Virus record (IMG/VR): IMGVR_UViG_3300012346_000262 | Span: 1 to 37,753 of that record | DNA: 37,753 nt | Strand: one strand, 5' to 3' | Source: a virus | Shown: positions 7,158 through 14,067 of the stretch, piece by piece | How the letters are laid out: each line of letters begins with the position of its first letter | Position numbering within the stretch: position 1 is the stretch's first letter | The notes under the pieces: model-generated | What the model saw: only the letters and a program-made list of their open reading frames with translations | What the model was told of the DNA's origin: nothing | Databases searched by the model: none | Made by a program: the position numbers and the translations under genes

Positions 7158-7318
7158 GCGCCGCCGAACTCGAAGTAATCCTGGCAGTTGCCAAACGTGA
7201 GCAGCGCCGCGAGAAGATCGCACGTCGCGCACAGGCCGGTGCAGCCCTGGCTTTTGTCATTGTTCTATTCATCGGCTTTGTTGTCGCAATGCTTGATGTG
7301 TTGGTTTGGAGGGTGTGA
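7154..7318 (+). CDS. small membrane protein (54 aa; below the ORF-track cutoff)
   Basis: Hand translation: MSAAELEVILAVAKREQRREKIARRAQAGAALAFVIVLFIGFVVAMLDVLVWRV. ATGA-coupled at both ends. Confidence 0.5.
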   Translation: MSAAELEVILAVAKREQRREKIARRAQAGAALAFVIVLFIGFVVAMLDVLVWRV

Positions 7319-7518
7319 TGACCATTGAACTTGACCATCTTTTTGTTTTGGCTCTATTAACGACGCTGATCTTCATTGCAGCGCTGGGATTGTGGATTAC
7401 CGCGAAGCCGAAGAGAAAGCGCAGTAATTGGGCGCGTTTCAAAGACGCGATCTACTACTTTAGCGAATGCGGTCTTGACCTGCGCGAGTCTTTTGCGCGG
7501 GCTTGGAGAAGGCCATGA
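7318..7518 (+). CDS. small membrane protein (66 aa)
   Basis: Starts MTIELDHLFVLALLTTLIFIAALGLWI, with one predicted TM segment. Confidence 0.5.
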   Translation: MTIELDHLFVLALLTTLIFIAALGLWITAKPKRKRSNWARFKDAIYYFSECGLDLRESFARAWRRP

Positions 7519-7596
7519 GTGGCGCGGATTGGTGGCAGCAACAGCAGCAACTTGAACAGCAACAGTACGAAATTTATCAAAGCGAAGGAAAGCAAA

Positions 7597-8262
7597 ATGA
7601 GCATCACAACAATGATTTTGGGCGAGTCAGGGACAGGGAAGTCCACCAGCATGCGCAATCTGAATCCAGCCGATGTACTGCTGATTCAGGCGGTAGCAAA
7701 GCCTCTGCCATTCAAGGCCACGGGCTGGAAGCCTGCGACAAAAGAAAACCCTTCTGGCTCGATTGTGGTTTCTGACAACTCGCAAACCATCATCAAAATG
7801 ATGCAACGCACAGTTAAACCAATCATCATCATTGATGACTTTCAGTACACCATGAGCAATGAGTTTATGCGGCGCGTGACTGAGAAAACATCCGGCTCGG
7901 GCGCGTTTGATAAGTTCAACGAGATCGCATATTCTGCGTGGTCATTGCTTACCGAGTCCACCAAACTGGATCACCACAAGCGCGTTTACATCATGGGGCA
8001 TACATCCATTGATGAACACGGGAAAACCAAAGCAAAGACTATAGGAAAACTGCTAGACGACAAGATCACCATTGAGGGGCTTGTCACCATCGTATTACGC
8101 ACAGGCGTAACAAACGGCAGCTACTACTTTCGCACTCGCAATGACGGTGCAGACACTACCAAGACACCGTTGGATATGTTTGACGACGAGCAAATACCCA
8201 ACGACTTGGCCGCAGTAGATCAATCCATTTGCGATTACTACGAAATCAACCAACCAGCTTAA
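7597..8262 (+). CDS. P-loop NTPase, AAA_24/Sak4-like recombination ATPase (start alternatively GTG 7519)
   Basis: Walker A 'ILGESGTGKST' lies close to the N-terminus when the start is ATG 7597 (RBS GAAGGAAAGCAAAATG). Walker B-like 'IIIIDDF'. It sits directly upstream of the SSB-like gene, as in Sak4 modules. Confidence 0.55.
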   Translation: MSITTMILGESGTGKSTSMRNLNPADVLLIQAVAKPLPFKATGWKPATKENPSGSIVVSDNSQTIIKMMQRTVKPIIIIDDFQYTMSNEFMRRVTEKTSGSGAFDKFNEIAYSAWSLLTESTKLDHHKRVYIMGHTSIDEHGKTKAKTIGKLLDDKITIEGLVTIVLRTGVTNGSYYFRTRNDGADTTKTPLDMFDDEQIPNDLAAVDQSICDYYEINQPA

Positions 8263-8277
8263 CCAAAGGAAAAGCAA

Positions 8278-8904
8278 ATGTACACACTCGATACCAACCA
8301 AGCACGCAAAGCCGACACTGTTGGCGGCATGATTTCTGAAATAGGCCAGTACCCCGGCACGATTGAAGTAGCCTATGCGGTCAAAGCGCAAACTGGCGCA
8401 AAGGGCGTGGGGATTGTCTTCAAGTCTGCCAGCGGAGAGAAAGCGAAATTCACACTTTACACCCACAACAAAGACGGCGACAAGATCATGGGGTTTGATC
8501 AACTCATGGCATTGATGACAGTCGTAAAGGTGCGCGACATCAAGCCAGTGCAGGCCATGATCAAACAATGGGATTCTGAGCAACGAAAAGAGGTTGATGT
8601 AAAGGCTGACGTGTTCCCAGAACTGCAAGCAAAACCCTTGCAAGTTCTGTTTCAGACAGAAGAGTATGAAGCCAATGACCGAAGCATCAAAACCAAAGTT
8701 GCTCCGCGCTACTTTTTGAGCGCAGATGGATTTTCAGCGTCTGAGATTTTGGACAAAAAGACAGAGCCAAAGCACGGTGAACAAATGCGCAAGTCTTTGC
8801 GTCATCGCCCAATTAAGGGCAGCTCACATGCTGCGCCAGCACCAAAGGCAAGCGCAGGCGGTGGCAGCGGCTTTGACGACATGGACGACGACATCCCATT
8901 TTGA
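8278..8904 (+). CDS. single-stranded DNA-binding protein (DUF669-like body with a canonical SSB acidic tail)
   Basis: The C-terminus 'GGSGFDDMDDDIPF' matches the bacterial SSB tail ...DDDIPF. It sits next to the AAA_24-like ATPase. Confidence 0.65.
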   Translation: MYTLDTNQARKADTVGGMISEIGQYPGTIEVAYAVKAQTGAKGVGIVFKSASGEKAKFTLYTHNKDGDKIMGFDQLMALMTVVKVRDIKPVQAMIKQWDSEQRKEVDVKADVFPELQAKPLQVLFQTEEYEANDRSIKTKVAPRYFLSADGFSASEILDKKTEPKHGEQMRKSLRHRPIKGSSHAAPAPKASAGGGSGFDDMDDDIPF

Positions 8905-8909
8905 TTACC

Positions 8910-8928
8910 GGGGCTTCGCGCCCCATTT
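8910..8928 (+). terminator. weak hairpin (GGGGC-ttcgc-GCCCC) followed by ATTT; possible attenuator
   Basis: A 5-bp GC stem in the 35-nt gap after the SSB-like gene. The U-tract is poor. Confidence 0.3.
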
Positions 8929-8939
8929 GAAAGCACATT

Positions 8940-9680
8940 ATGAACGAATATCTAGACATCGAAACAATCCCAACCCAGCGCCCCGACATCATGGCCGAAA
9001 TCCGCGATTCATTGAAGGCTGATCTTGATGAAAAGATTGCCGCAATCGCGCCCCCTGGCACTTACAAAAAGCAGGAAACGATTGATGAATGGATGGCAAC
9101 CGAAGCCCCCAAAATCCGCGCCAAGCTCGAAAGCGAGTTCGAGACTACAGCAGATGAGGCATACCGCAAAACGGCGCTTGATGGCGCGTTTGGTCAAATC
9201 TGCGTCATTGGCTGGGCTGTGGATGATGATGCCGTTCAGCGTCATTACGTGCGTGACTTGTCACTTGAAGAAGAGGCCAATTTGTTGACCGCTTTTATGA
9301 AGTGGCACGACGAGTCAGACGCAATGATGACCACGGTTATCGGCCACCACGTATCAGGCTTTGATCTACGGCTCATTACTCAGCGCTGCATAGTGCATGG
9401 CATCAAGCCAGCAACTGTGATTTCTCGCGCAGCAGCAGCAAAGCCTTGGGAATCAGATCGCGTGTACGACACGATGATTCAATGGGCTGGCGTGGGCAAT
9501 CGAATCAGCCTAGACAAGCTGTGCAAGGCACTGGGCGTTGTTTCACCAAAAAATGACATCACAGGTAAGAACGTGTGGGATTACGTCAAGGCCGGGAAGA
9601 TCGCGGAAGTCGCTGATTACTGCGTAGGCGATGTTGAAGCCGTGCGCCGTGTTCACAAGCGCATGACGTATCGCGCTTGA
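8940..9680 (+). CDS. RNase H-fold 3'-5' exonuclease (PolB-exonuclease-like)
   Basis: Exo I 'YLDIET', Exo II 'GHHVSGFDLRLI' and Exo III 'YCVGDVEAV'. Confidence 0.7.
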   Translation: MNEYLDIETIPTQRPDIMAEIRDSLKADLDEKIAAIAPPGTYKKQETIDEWMATEAPKIRAKLESEFETTADEAYRKTALDGAFGQICVIGWAVDDDAVQRHYVRDLSLEEEANLLTAFMKWHDESDAMMTTVIGHHVSGFDLRLITQRCIVHGIKPATVISRAAAAKPWESDRVYDTMIQWAGVGNRISLDKLCKALGVVSPKNDITGKNVWDYVKAGKIAEVADYCVGDVEAVRRVHKRMTYRA

Positions 9681-10165
9681 CAAACCGAAGGCAGAAACAT
9701 CATGGGCATGAAATACAAAGTCTATTACGCCAAGCTCCGCAAAACCAGCTAGCTAGTCGATCCACGCAACCCAGACAGCCCGCATTACCACGCTGTAGAG
9801 CTTGTATTTGTGGGAATGTCAAATTCAATGGCAGAGGCAAAGCTGATGACGGCTGTGCCAGTTTTGGAGATGGTGAAATGAACTTTGTGCATAGAGACAG
9901 CAGCTTTCCCCTGCCTCAAGACGTGACACACATCAAGGCTGCAAAAATAGACAAAAAAGCTAGGCAAGGTTCTGGCGCTCCGTCTTTTTGCTGGATATGC
10001 GGTAAGCAGCTTATGAGAGCACCCGGCAAAGGAAAAGGCTTGTTCTTTTTTGACATCGTAATAGGTCGAGGCGATGATGAGCAACACCGAGTGCATAGAA
10101 CTCAATGCCTGCGCGTTGCATTAGATGATGGGAACAAATACTTACCACAGGAGCAATCAAAATGA
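9677..10165 (+). CDS. hypothetical Cys-rich protein (162 aa from TTG 9677, or 95 aa from ATG 9878)
   Basis: The frame is open from a TTG that overlaps the upstream TGA. A better RBS (GGAGATGGTGAAATG) precedes ATG 9878. Contains a 'CWICGK...H..C' motif. Confidence 0.45.
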   Translation: MTNRRQKHHGHEIQSLLRQAPQNQLASRSTQPRQPALPRCRACICGNVKFNGRGKADDGCASFGDGEMNFVHRDSSFPLPQDVTHIKAAKIDKKARQGSGAPSFCWICGKQLMRAPGKGKGLFFFDIVIGRGDDEQHRVHRTQCLRVALDDGNKYLPQEQSK

Positions 10166-10371
10166 GCCAAGAAGAACTAATGCTTGTTGACCCGGCGACT
10201 GGCTCTGAAAAACCATACCCAAGTCACGCAGAACAGTGGCGCAAATATCACGGCAAAACCGCATGGCTATTTAACCCGTGGACTGGAACTCGCAGGTGTG
10301 CCCAAGATGTTGGAACCGACACGTTTGGGCAACTAATCCAGCGCGAAGATTTTGTAAAGGCATCAAAATGA
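10162..10371 (+). CDS. hypothetical protein (69 aa)
   Basis: RBS ACAGGAGCAATCAAAATG; ATGA-coupled. Confidence 0.6.
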   Translation: MSQEELMLVDPATGSEKPYPSHAEQWRKYHGKTAWLFNPWTGTRRCAQDVGTDTFGQLIQREDFVKASK

Positions 10372-10748
10372 GCAAAGAGCTAAAACACGCCGATGTGATC
10401 ATCCATATGGCAAAACATGGGTTTGAGAGTGTGCAGAGCCGATGCTCCGATGATGATTTTTGGCAAGATGCAAGTGCGTCATGCAACCCAACGCGATTCC
10501 CACATTACGAATGGCGCATCAAACCCGCAACAATCACTTACACAGTGACAGTGCCAGAGCCTATGAGGGTGATGCCGAACAATGGCGATGCGTATTGGTG
10601 TGTTGATTTTGATGGCGCATGGGAAGTGACTTGTGATTTAAGCGAGTTTGATCAAAAAGCGGTTGAGCGGGGCAACATCTGGGACACCGAATCCAAAGCA
10701 CAGCAAGCATTTGATGCGCTGTTTGGGCCATTGAGGGCAGTGAAATGA
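10368..10748 (+). CDS. hypothetical protein (126 aa)
   Basis: ATG 10368 overlaps the upstream stop. Confidence 0.6.
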   Translation: MSKELKHADVIIHMAKHGFESVQSRCSDDDFWQDASASCNPTRFPHYEWRIKPATITYTVTVPEPMRVMPNNGDAYWCVDFDGAWEVTCDLSEFDQKAVERGNIWDTESKAQQAFDALFGPLRAVK

Positions 10749-11140
10749 ACAAAATGACAAACTCAGAAGCCCGTCAGATACTGATTGATCACAACGCATG
10801 GCGGCACAGCAATAAAGCAGATTACTTACACAGCGCAAGTGCTGTTAATCTTGCCATTGATGCCGCCATTGTCGCGCTAGGCGATAACGATATGCTGTCA
10901 GTGTATCTGTTAGGCTATTTCGATGGCAAGCGCTCTAAATCATCCATTGCTCAGGCTATACGTGATGCAGCGGTGAATTGGCCTCAAAATATAGCTTTTG
11001 TAGAGCATGGAATCCTTGACGCTTTTCAAGAATGGGATGCACCGCACTGGTGGACAACGCTTATCAATAATCCAGATATTCAAGCCAAAAATCAAGCCCG
11101 CACATTTATGCTACTGGTAGCGGAGGCGTTAGAGTCATGA
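10745..11140 (+). CDS. hypothetical protein (131 aa)
   Basis: ATGA-coupled ORF. Confidence 0.6.
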   Translation: MNKMTNSEARQILIDHNAWRHSNKADYLHSASAVNLAIDAAIVALGDNDMLSVYLLGYFDGKRSKSSIAQAIRDAAVNWPQNIAFVEHGILDAFQEWDAPHWWTTLINNPDIQAKNQARTFMLLVAEALES

Positions 11141-11412
11141 AGCCGCATTTAAGGCGTGAGTGGTCTAACCTATTTAAGCGCTACATGTGGTTTTGTCGCG
11201 GCGATGGCGCAATGGGGTATGGTGATGACGTTAAAGTAGCGTATTTTGATTGGAAATACGCGCTAAAAAAGCTCATTTCGGCCAAGACTCTATCAGCGCC
11301 TCACGCTTTGACCGCTCACACCCATAAGCGCCAATCCATGCTACAGCCCACAATGCAAGATCACGCGCAGTTGACTCGGAAGGCAGATCAGCCGGTACAG
11401 GGCACTTTGTAA
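11137..11412 (+). CDS. hypothetical protein (91 aa); its 3' 140 nt overlap the convergent o-spanin gene
   Basis: ATGA-coupled start. The C-terminal part may be a fortuitous open frame. Confidence 0.45.
   Translation: MKPHLRREWSNLFKRYMWFCRGDGAMGYGDDVKVAYFDWKYALKKLISAKTLSAPHALTAHTHKRQSMLQPTMQDHAQLTRKADQPVQGTL
11239..11261 (-). terminator. 8-bp hairpin (GCGTATTT-7 nt-AAATACGC) 12 nt downstream of the o-spanin stop; possible end of the late transcript
   Basis: Perfect inverted repeat. The following U-tract is weak (UACUUUAA) and the hairpin lies inside + ORF 11137..11412. Confidence 0.3.
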
Positions 11413-11521
11413 CGAGTGCCACCGGAGGCGGGTCAATCTTCGCGGGCTGTGCTGGCGGCTTTGTTGAGCAACCCAATATCCCCAGCGTCAAGCCGACAAC
11501 TAACAAGGTTTGTGCTTTCAT
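11273..11521 (-). CDS. o-spanin (Rz1-like outer-membrane lipoprotein)
   Basis: Signal sequence and lipobox 'LTLGILGC', with a Pro-rich mature part. The start is embedded in the 3' end of the i-spanin gene. Confidence 0.8.
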   Translation of the reverse strand: MKAQTLLVVGLTLGILGCSTKPPAQPAKIDPPPVALVTKCPVPADLPSESTARDLALWAVAWIGAYGCERSKREALIESWPK

Positions 11522-11768
11522 TGGCTAGCTCCTTTTCAGTGATGGTTAGAAACTCAGTTCGCACGGTTTCGCGGTCTACGTAGCGAATCTCCGCTTTCCT
11601 CGTTGTGTCGCGGTTTGCGTCTTGCTGTGCCCTTGCTAGTCGTGCTGATTCTGCGCGGTCTAGCTCCCATTCTTTTGTTATCGTGGCTTTGCCGGATGTA
11701 TAGGCTTTCCAATGGCTAGCCGCCAATGCTAGGGCAATGATTAGCGCGGCTACGATGCGGAGATTCAT
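11433..11768 (-). CDS. i-spanin (Rz-like)
   Basis: N-terminal TM 'IVAALIIALALAAS', then a charged coiled-coil region. Lies directly after the endolysin gene. Confidence 0.75.
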   Translation of the reverse strand: MNLRIVAALIIALALAASHWKAYTSGKATITKEWELDRAESARLARAQQDANRDTTRKAEIRYVDRETVRTEFLTITEKELANESTNLVSCRLDAGDIGLLNKAASTARED

Positions 11769-12373
11769 CCTAGCGCATCCCCCGCTTTGTCTGTTAGTGC
11801 AATCCTGTGATCTAGGCCGATTGTGCCGCCGTTCACTCTTTTAGACACGCGAACAGTATCGCCCATCATCGCGTCAGGTACTTTTTGCTCCCACCACGCA
11901 ATAGCTGATTTAAGCGCCCATTCAGGCTGTGCGAGTAAATCAGGATCGGTTACTAGGTCAATCCCAAGGGCATCGCCCACGGCTTGATAATTGTCTTTTC
12001 CTGTCACTTGGATAAGCCCGCGCCCGCGATATTTCCAACCATCGCCAAACTCAGTATTACCTAAGCGTCCGTTATATACCTTGTTGGCAATCCTAACTGG
12101 TTGTCGTTCTAGCTCTTTTGCTGAGTCGTTGTTAAACCGTGTTGGCCAAGTCCGAAGCAATGCCGCCGCGCTGTAATTGAGATTCTCTTCAACGTGTTCG
12201 AGCAATCCTGATTCATGCAAGATTTGCCCCAAAAAGTCGTCAATTTCAGAAGCGCCCGCGCTAAATGCTGAGTCTGTTACGTGTGCGCTGAAATGCTCTG
12301 CCCATCTTGCAGCGGTTAGAGGGCGAACGCCGCATTGAATTAGGATATCGTTCCATTGGCTGGGGGTTTTCAT
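11765..12373 (-). CDS. endolysin, glycoside hydrolase family 19 (chitinase-like)
   Basis: 'FLGQILHESGLLEHVEENLNYS' and 'YRGRGLIQVTGKDNY' match GH19 signature motifs. Confidence 0.85.
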   Translation of the reverse strand: MKTPSQWNDILIQCGVRPLTAARWAEHFSAHVTDSAFSAGASEIDDFLGQILHESGLLEHVEENLNYSAAALLRTWPTRFNNDSAKELERQPVRIANKVYNGRLGNTEFGDGWKYRGRGLIQVTGKDNYQAVGDALGIDLVTDPDLLAQPEWALKSAIAWWEQKVPDAMMGDTVRVSKRVNGGTIGLDHRIALTDKAGDALG

Positions 12374-13488
12374 GGTAGCGCTTGTCCGTTTCTTTCAAGG
12401 ATTCTTAGCAATCGTTCGTTGCCGGGAAATACGACAAAATTAGAAGTTCCTTTGCCAGCATTACGTGAGCCTTCGTCTAAATAGCGAATACCGGGAATGC
12501 CGCTATTACGCAACATTTCAGAAAAAGCCGCTGGTTCTGTTTTGCCAAAATTTGTCATTGCATGATGCAAGTCACCGCCTTTTGGAACTACGCCAACATC
12601 CCTGCCCTCGCGCCATGCGTTAATTATTCCAGATGCTTTTGACCCCGGAGCCGTTTTAATATCTGCGCTTCTTGCTATGTTTTGTATAGCGCCTGATTGC
12701 TGAGACAAAGGTAATTCCCAATCAAGCATTCTTGCTATTTGATCGTCTGGGAGGTCTACTTTGTAGAGAGAGCCTTTGCCTTTATCAAAGCTTGCCTTTT
12801 CGCTTATTTTTTGAATATCTGACCACGCTTTTTTTGTTTCTGCATATGTGGCATCAGCGGCACGCATTCTGTCCTTATATTGCCTAAGGTTTTTCAAATA
12901 CACCAATTCAAGTTCGCTCGCGGGCTTTATTTCACTTAGCGGCAAGCCATTAAACCTAAAAGAACTCTCACCAATAATATCATCAGCGTAACTCTTTGCC
13001 ACATCCGGCGATTCAGCCAAATACAAACCATGTCCGTAAGCCTGCGCACCTTCACCCGTTCCAATCTTGCTTGCATCGAACTTGTCAAATTTATGCGGTG
13101 AGCCGTGCCACACAATAGCGCCGGTTTGCGGGTTCATTGTGCGTGGTGCAGCCGCATTCTCCCCCATCTGACGCAATCCCTTAGCCACAGCCGCCGCGCC
13201 TTGCTGAGTGCCCGCCATCGGAGCAAGTAGCCCCAAAGTCTCGCCGGCCACCTTGGGAAGTCCATCCGGCACATCGGCCAACAATCCCGCTTGTCTAGCC
13301 CACTCAGAGCCGCCTAGAGCGTTCTCAGGTACTGGGATTCTCGCTCTACGTAGTAACCACGCAATCGCGTCAACAGGAGCCGTTACAGAGCTTGCAGCGG
13401 TATTGCTCATGCTCTGCCCTAGCTGGCCTGCGTTCGTGCCAAGATCGCGCCTAAATTGCGGGTCGCGGAATGCTTCAAGTAGTCCCAT
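12370..13488 (-). CDS. 372-aa protein with a PARP-like (H-Y-x) ADP-ribosyltransferase signature
   Basis: 'VWHGSPHKFDKFDASKIGTGEGAQAYGHGLYLAESPDVAKSYA' parallels PARP1 'LWHGSR..NF..I...G...(n)..GYMFGKGIYFAD..SKSANY'. The late strand 'SNFVVFP' aligns with PARP 'YNEYIVY'. RBS GAGGGTTAAAAATG. Confidence 0.5.
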   Translation of the reverse strand: MGLLEAFRDPQFRRDLGTNAGQLGQSMSNTAASSVTAPVDAIAWLLRRARIPVPENALGGSEWARQAGLLADVPDGLPKVAGETLGLLAPMAGTQQGAAAVAKGLRQMGENAAAPRTMNPQTGAIVWHGSPHKFDKFDASKIGTGEGAQAYGHGLYLAESPDVAKSYADDIIGESSFRFNGLPLSEIKPASELELVYLKNLRQYKDRMRAADATYAETKKAWSDIQKISEKASFDKGKGSLYKVDLPDDQIARMLDWELPLSQQSGAIQNIARSADIKTAPGSKASGIINAWREGRDVGVVPKGGDLHHAMTNFGKTEPAAFSEMLRNSGIPGIRYLDEGSRNAGKGTSNFVVFPGNERLLRILERNGQALP

Positions 13489-13753
13489 TTTTAACCCTCG
13501 CGTATTTCATGAATGTTGCGAATGAATAAAGAGCAATCGAAAGCGCTTCTAAGGCAAGCCCTGATATTTGAGCAATCCCGAAGATGTATATTTGAAGTGT
13601 AACGACAAACCCACCGAAAGCAACTAGACACAATGAAAAGCATTGAAACATCGTATCTTTGAAGCGGTCAGAGATAAGACCAATAATAGCCATAGCCGAT
13701 GTAAGGCCAGAGCTTGCCAAGATAATCCAGCAGAAAAAGTCAATATCGCTCAT
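13475..13753 (-). CDS. membrane protein, 3 predicted TM segments (holin/antiholin candidate, 92 aa)
   Basis: ATG 13753 overlaps the upstream stop. Hydrophobic segments 'FFCWIILASSGLTSAMAIIGLI', 'CFSLCLVAFGGFVVTLQIYIF' and 'GLALEALSIALYSF'. Confidence 0.5.
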   Translation of the reverse strand: MSDIDFFCWIILASSGLTSAMAIIGLISDRFKDTMFQCFSLCLVAFGGFVVTLQIYIFGIAQISGLALEALSIALYSFATFMKYARVKNGTT

Positions 13754-14064
13754 TTGACCCCCAACCACAAACGCACTTTAGCCACAAACGCACTCGCTAA
13801 GTCTTTTGTATCAATACTTGAAATGCCTTCAAATATCTTGCGTATGAACAACATCGAAAGTAAACCAACTACGAAAGCCGTAGCGTTTTCATACTTTAAC
13901 AACCGAAAATAATCAACCACAGGCGCAGTGAATAGCTGAGAACACACAACGCCACCCACGCCCGAAACAAACCTATCCCAGCCCGTTGTTTTTGCAAGCC
14001 AGACACCTAGAGCAGATCCAGATGCACCAGCGGCTAGTTTATGCAAGAATTCGCCTTCTATCAT
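13750..14064 (-). CDS. putative holin (104 aa, multi-TM)
   Basis: Hydrophobic segments with a charged C-terminus. First gene after the tail fibre gene, upstream of the endolysin and spanins. Confidence 0.5.
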   Translation of the reverse strand: MIEGEFLHKLAAGASGSALGVWLAKTTGWDRFVSGVGGVVCSQLFTAPVVDYFRLLKYENATAFVVGLLSMLFIRKIFEGISSIDTKDLASAFVAKVRLWLGVK

Positions 14065-14067
14065 TGG

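Noticed and set aside
7503-7775. 90-aa + ORF (MEKAMSGADWWQQQQQ...) overlapping the ATPase gene
   Set aside because: It is out of frame with the Walker-A-containing gene over most of its length. Only its first ~27 codons (from ATG 7515, ATGA-coupled) could be a real mini-ORF, and that cannot be decided from sequence.
8095-8643. 182-aa minus-strand ORF across the ATPase/SSB genes
   Set aside because: It is antisense to two + strand genes with clear motifs (Walker A, DDDIPF tail). It has no RBS and is hydrophobic or odd in composition.
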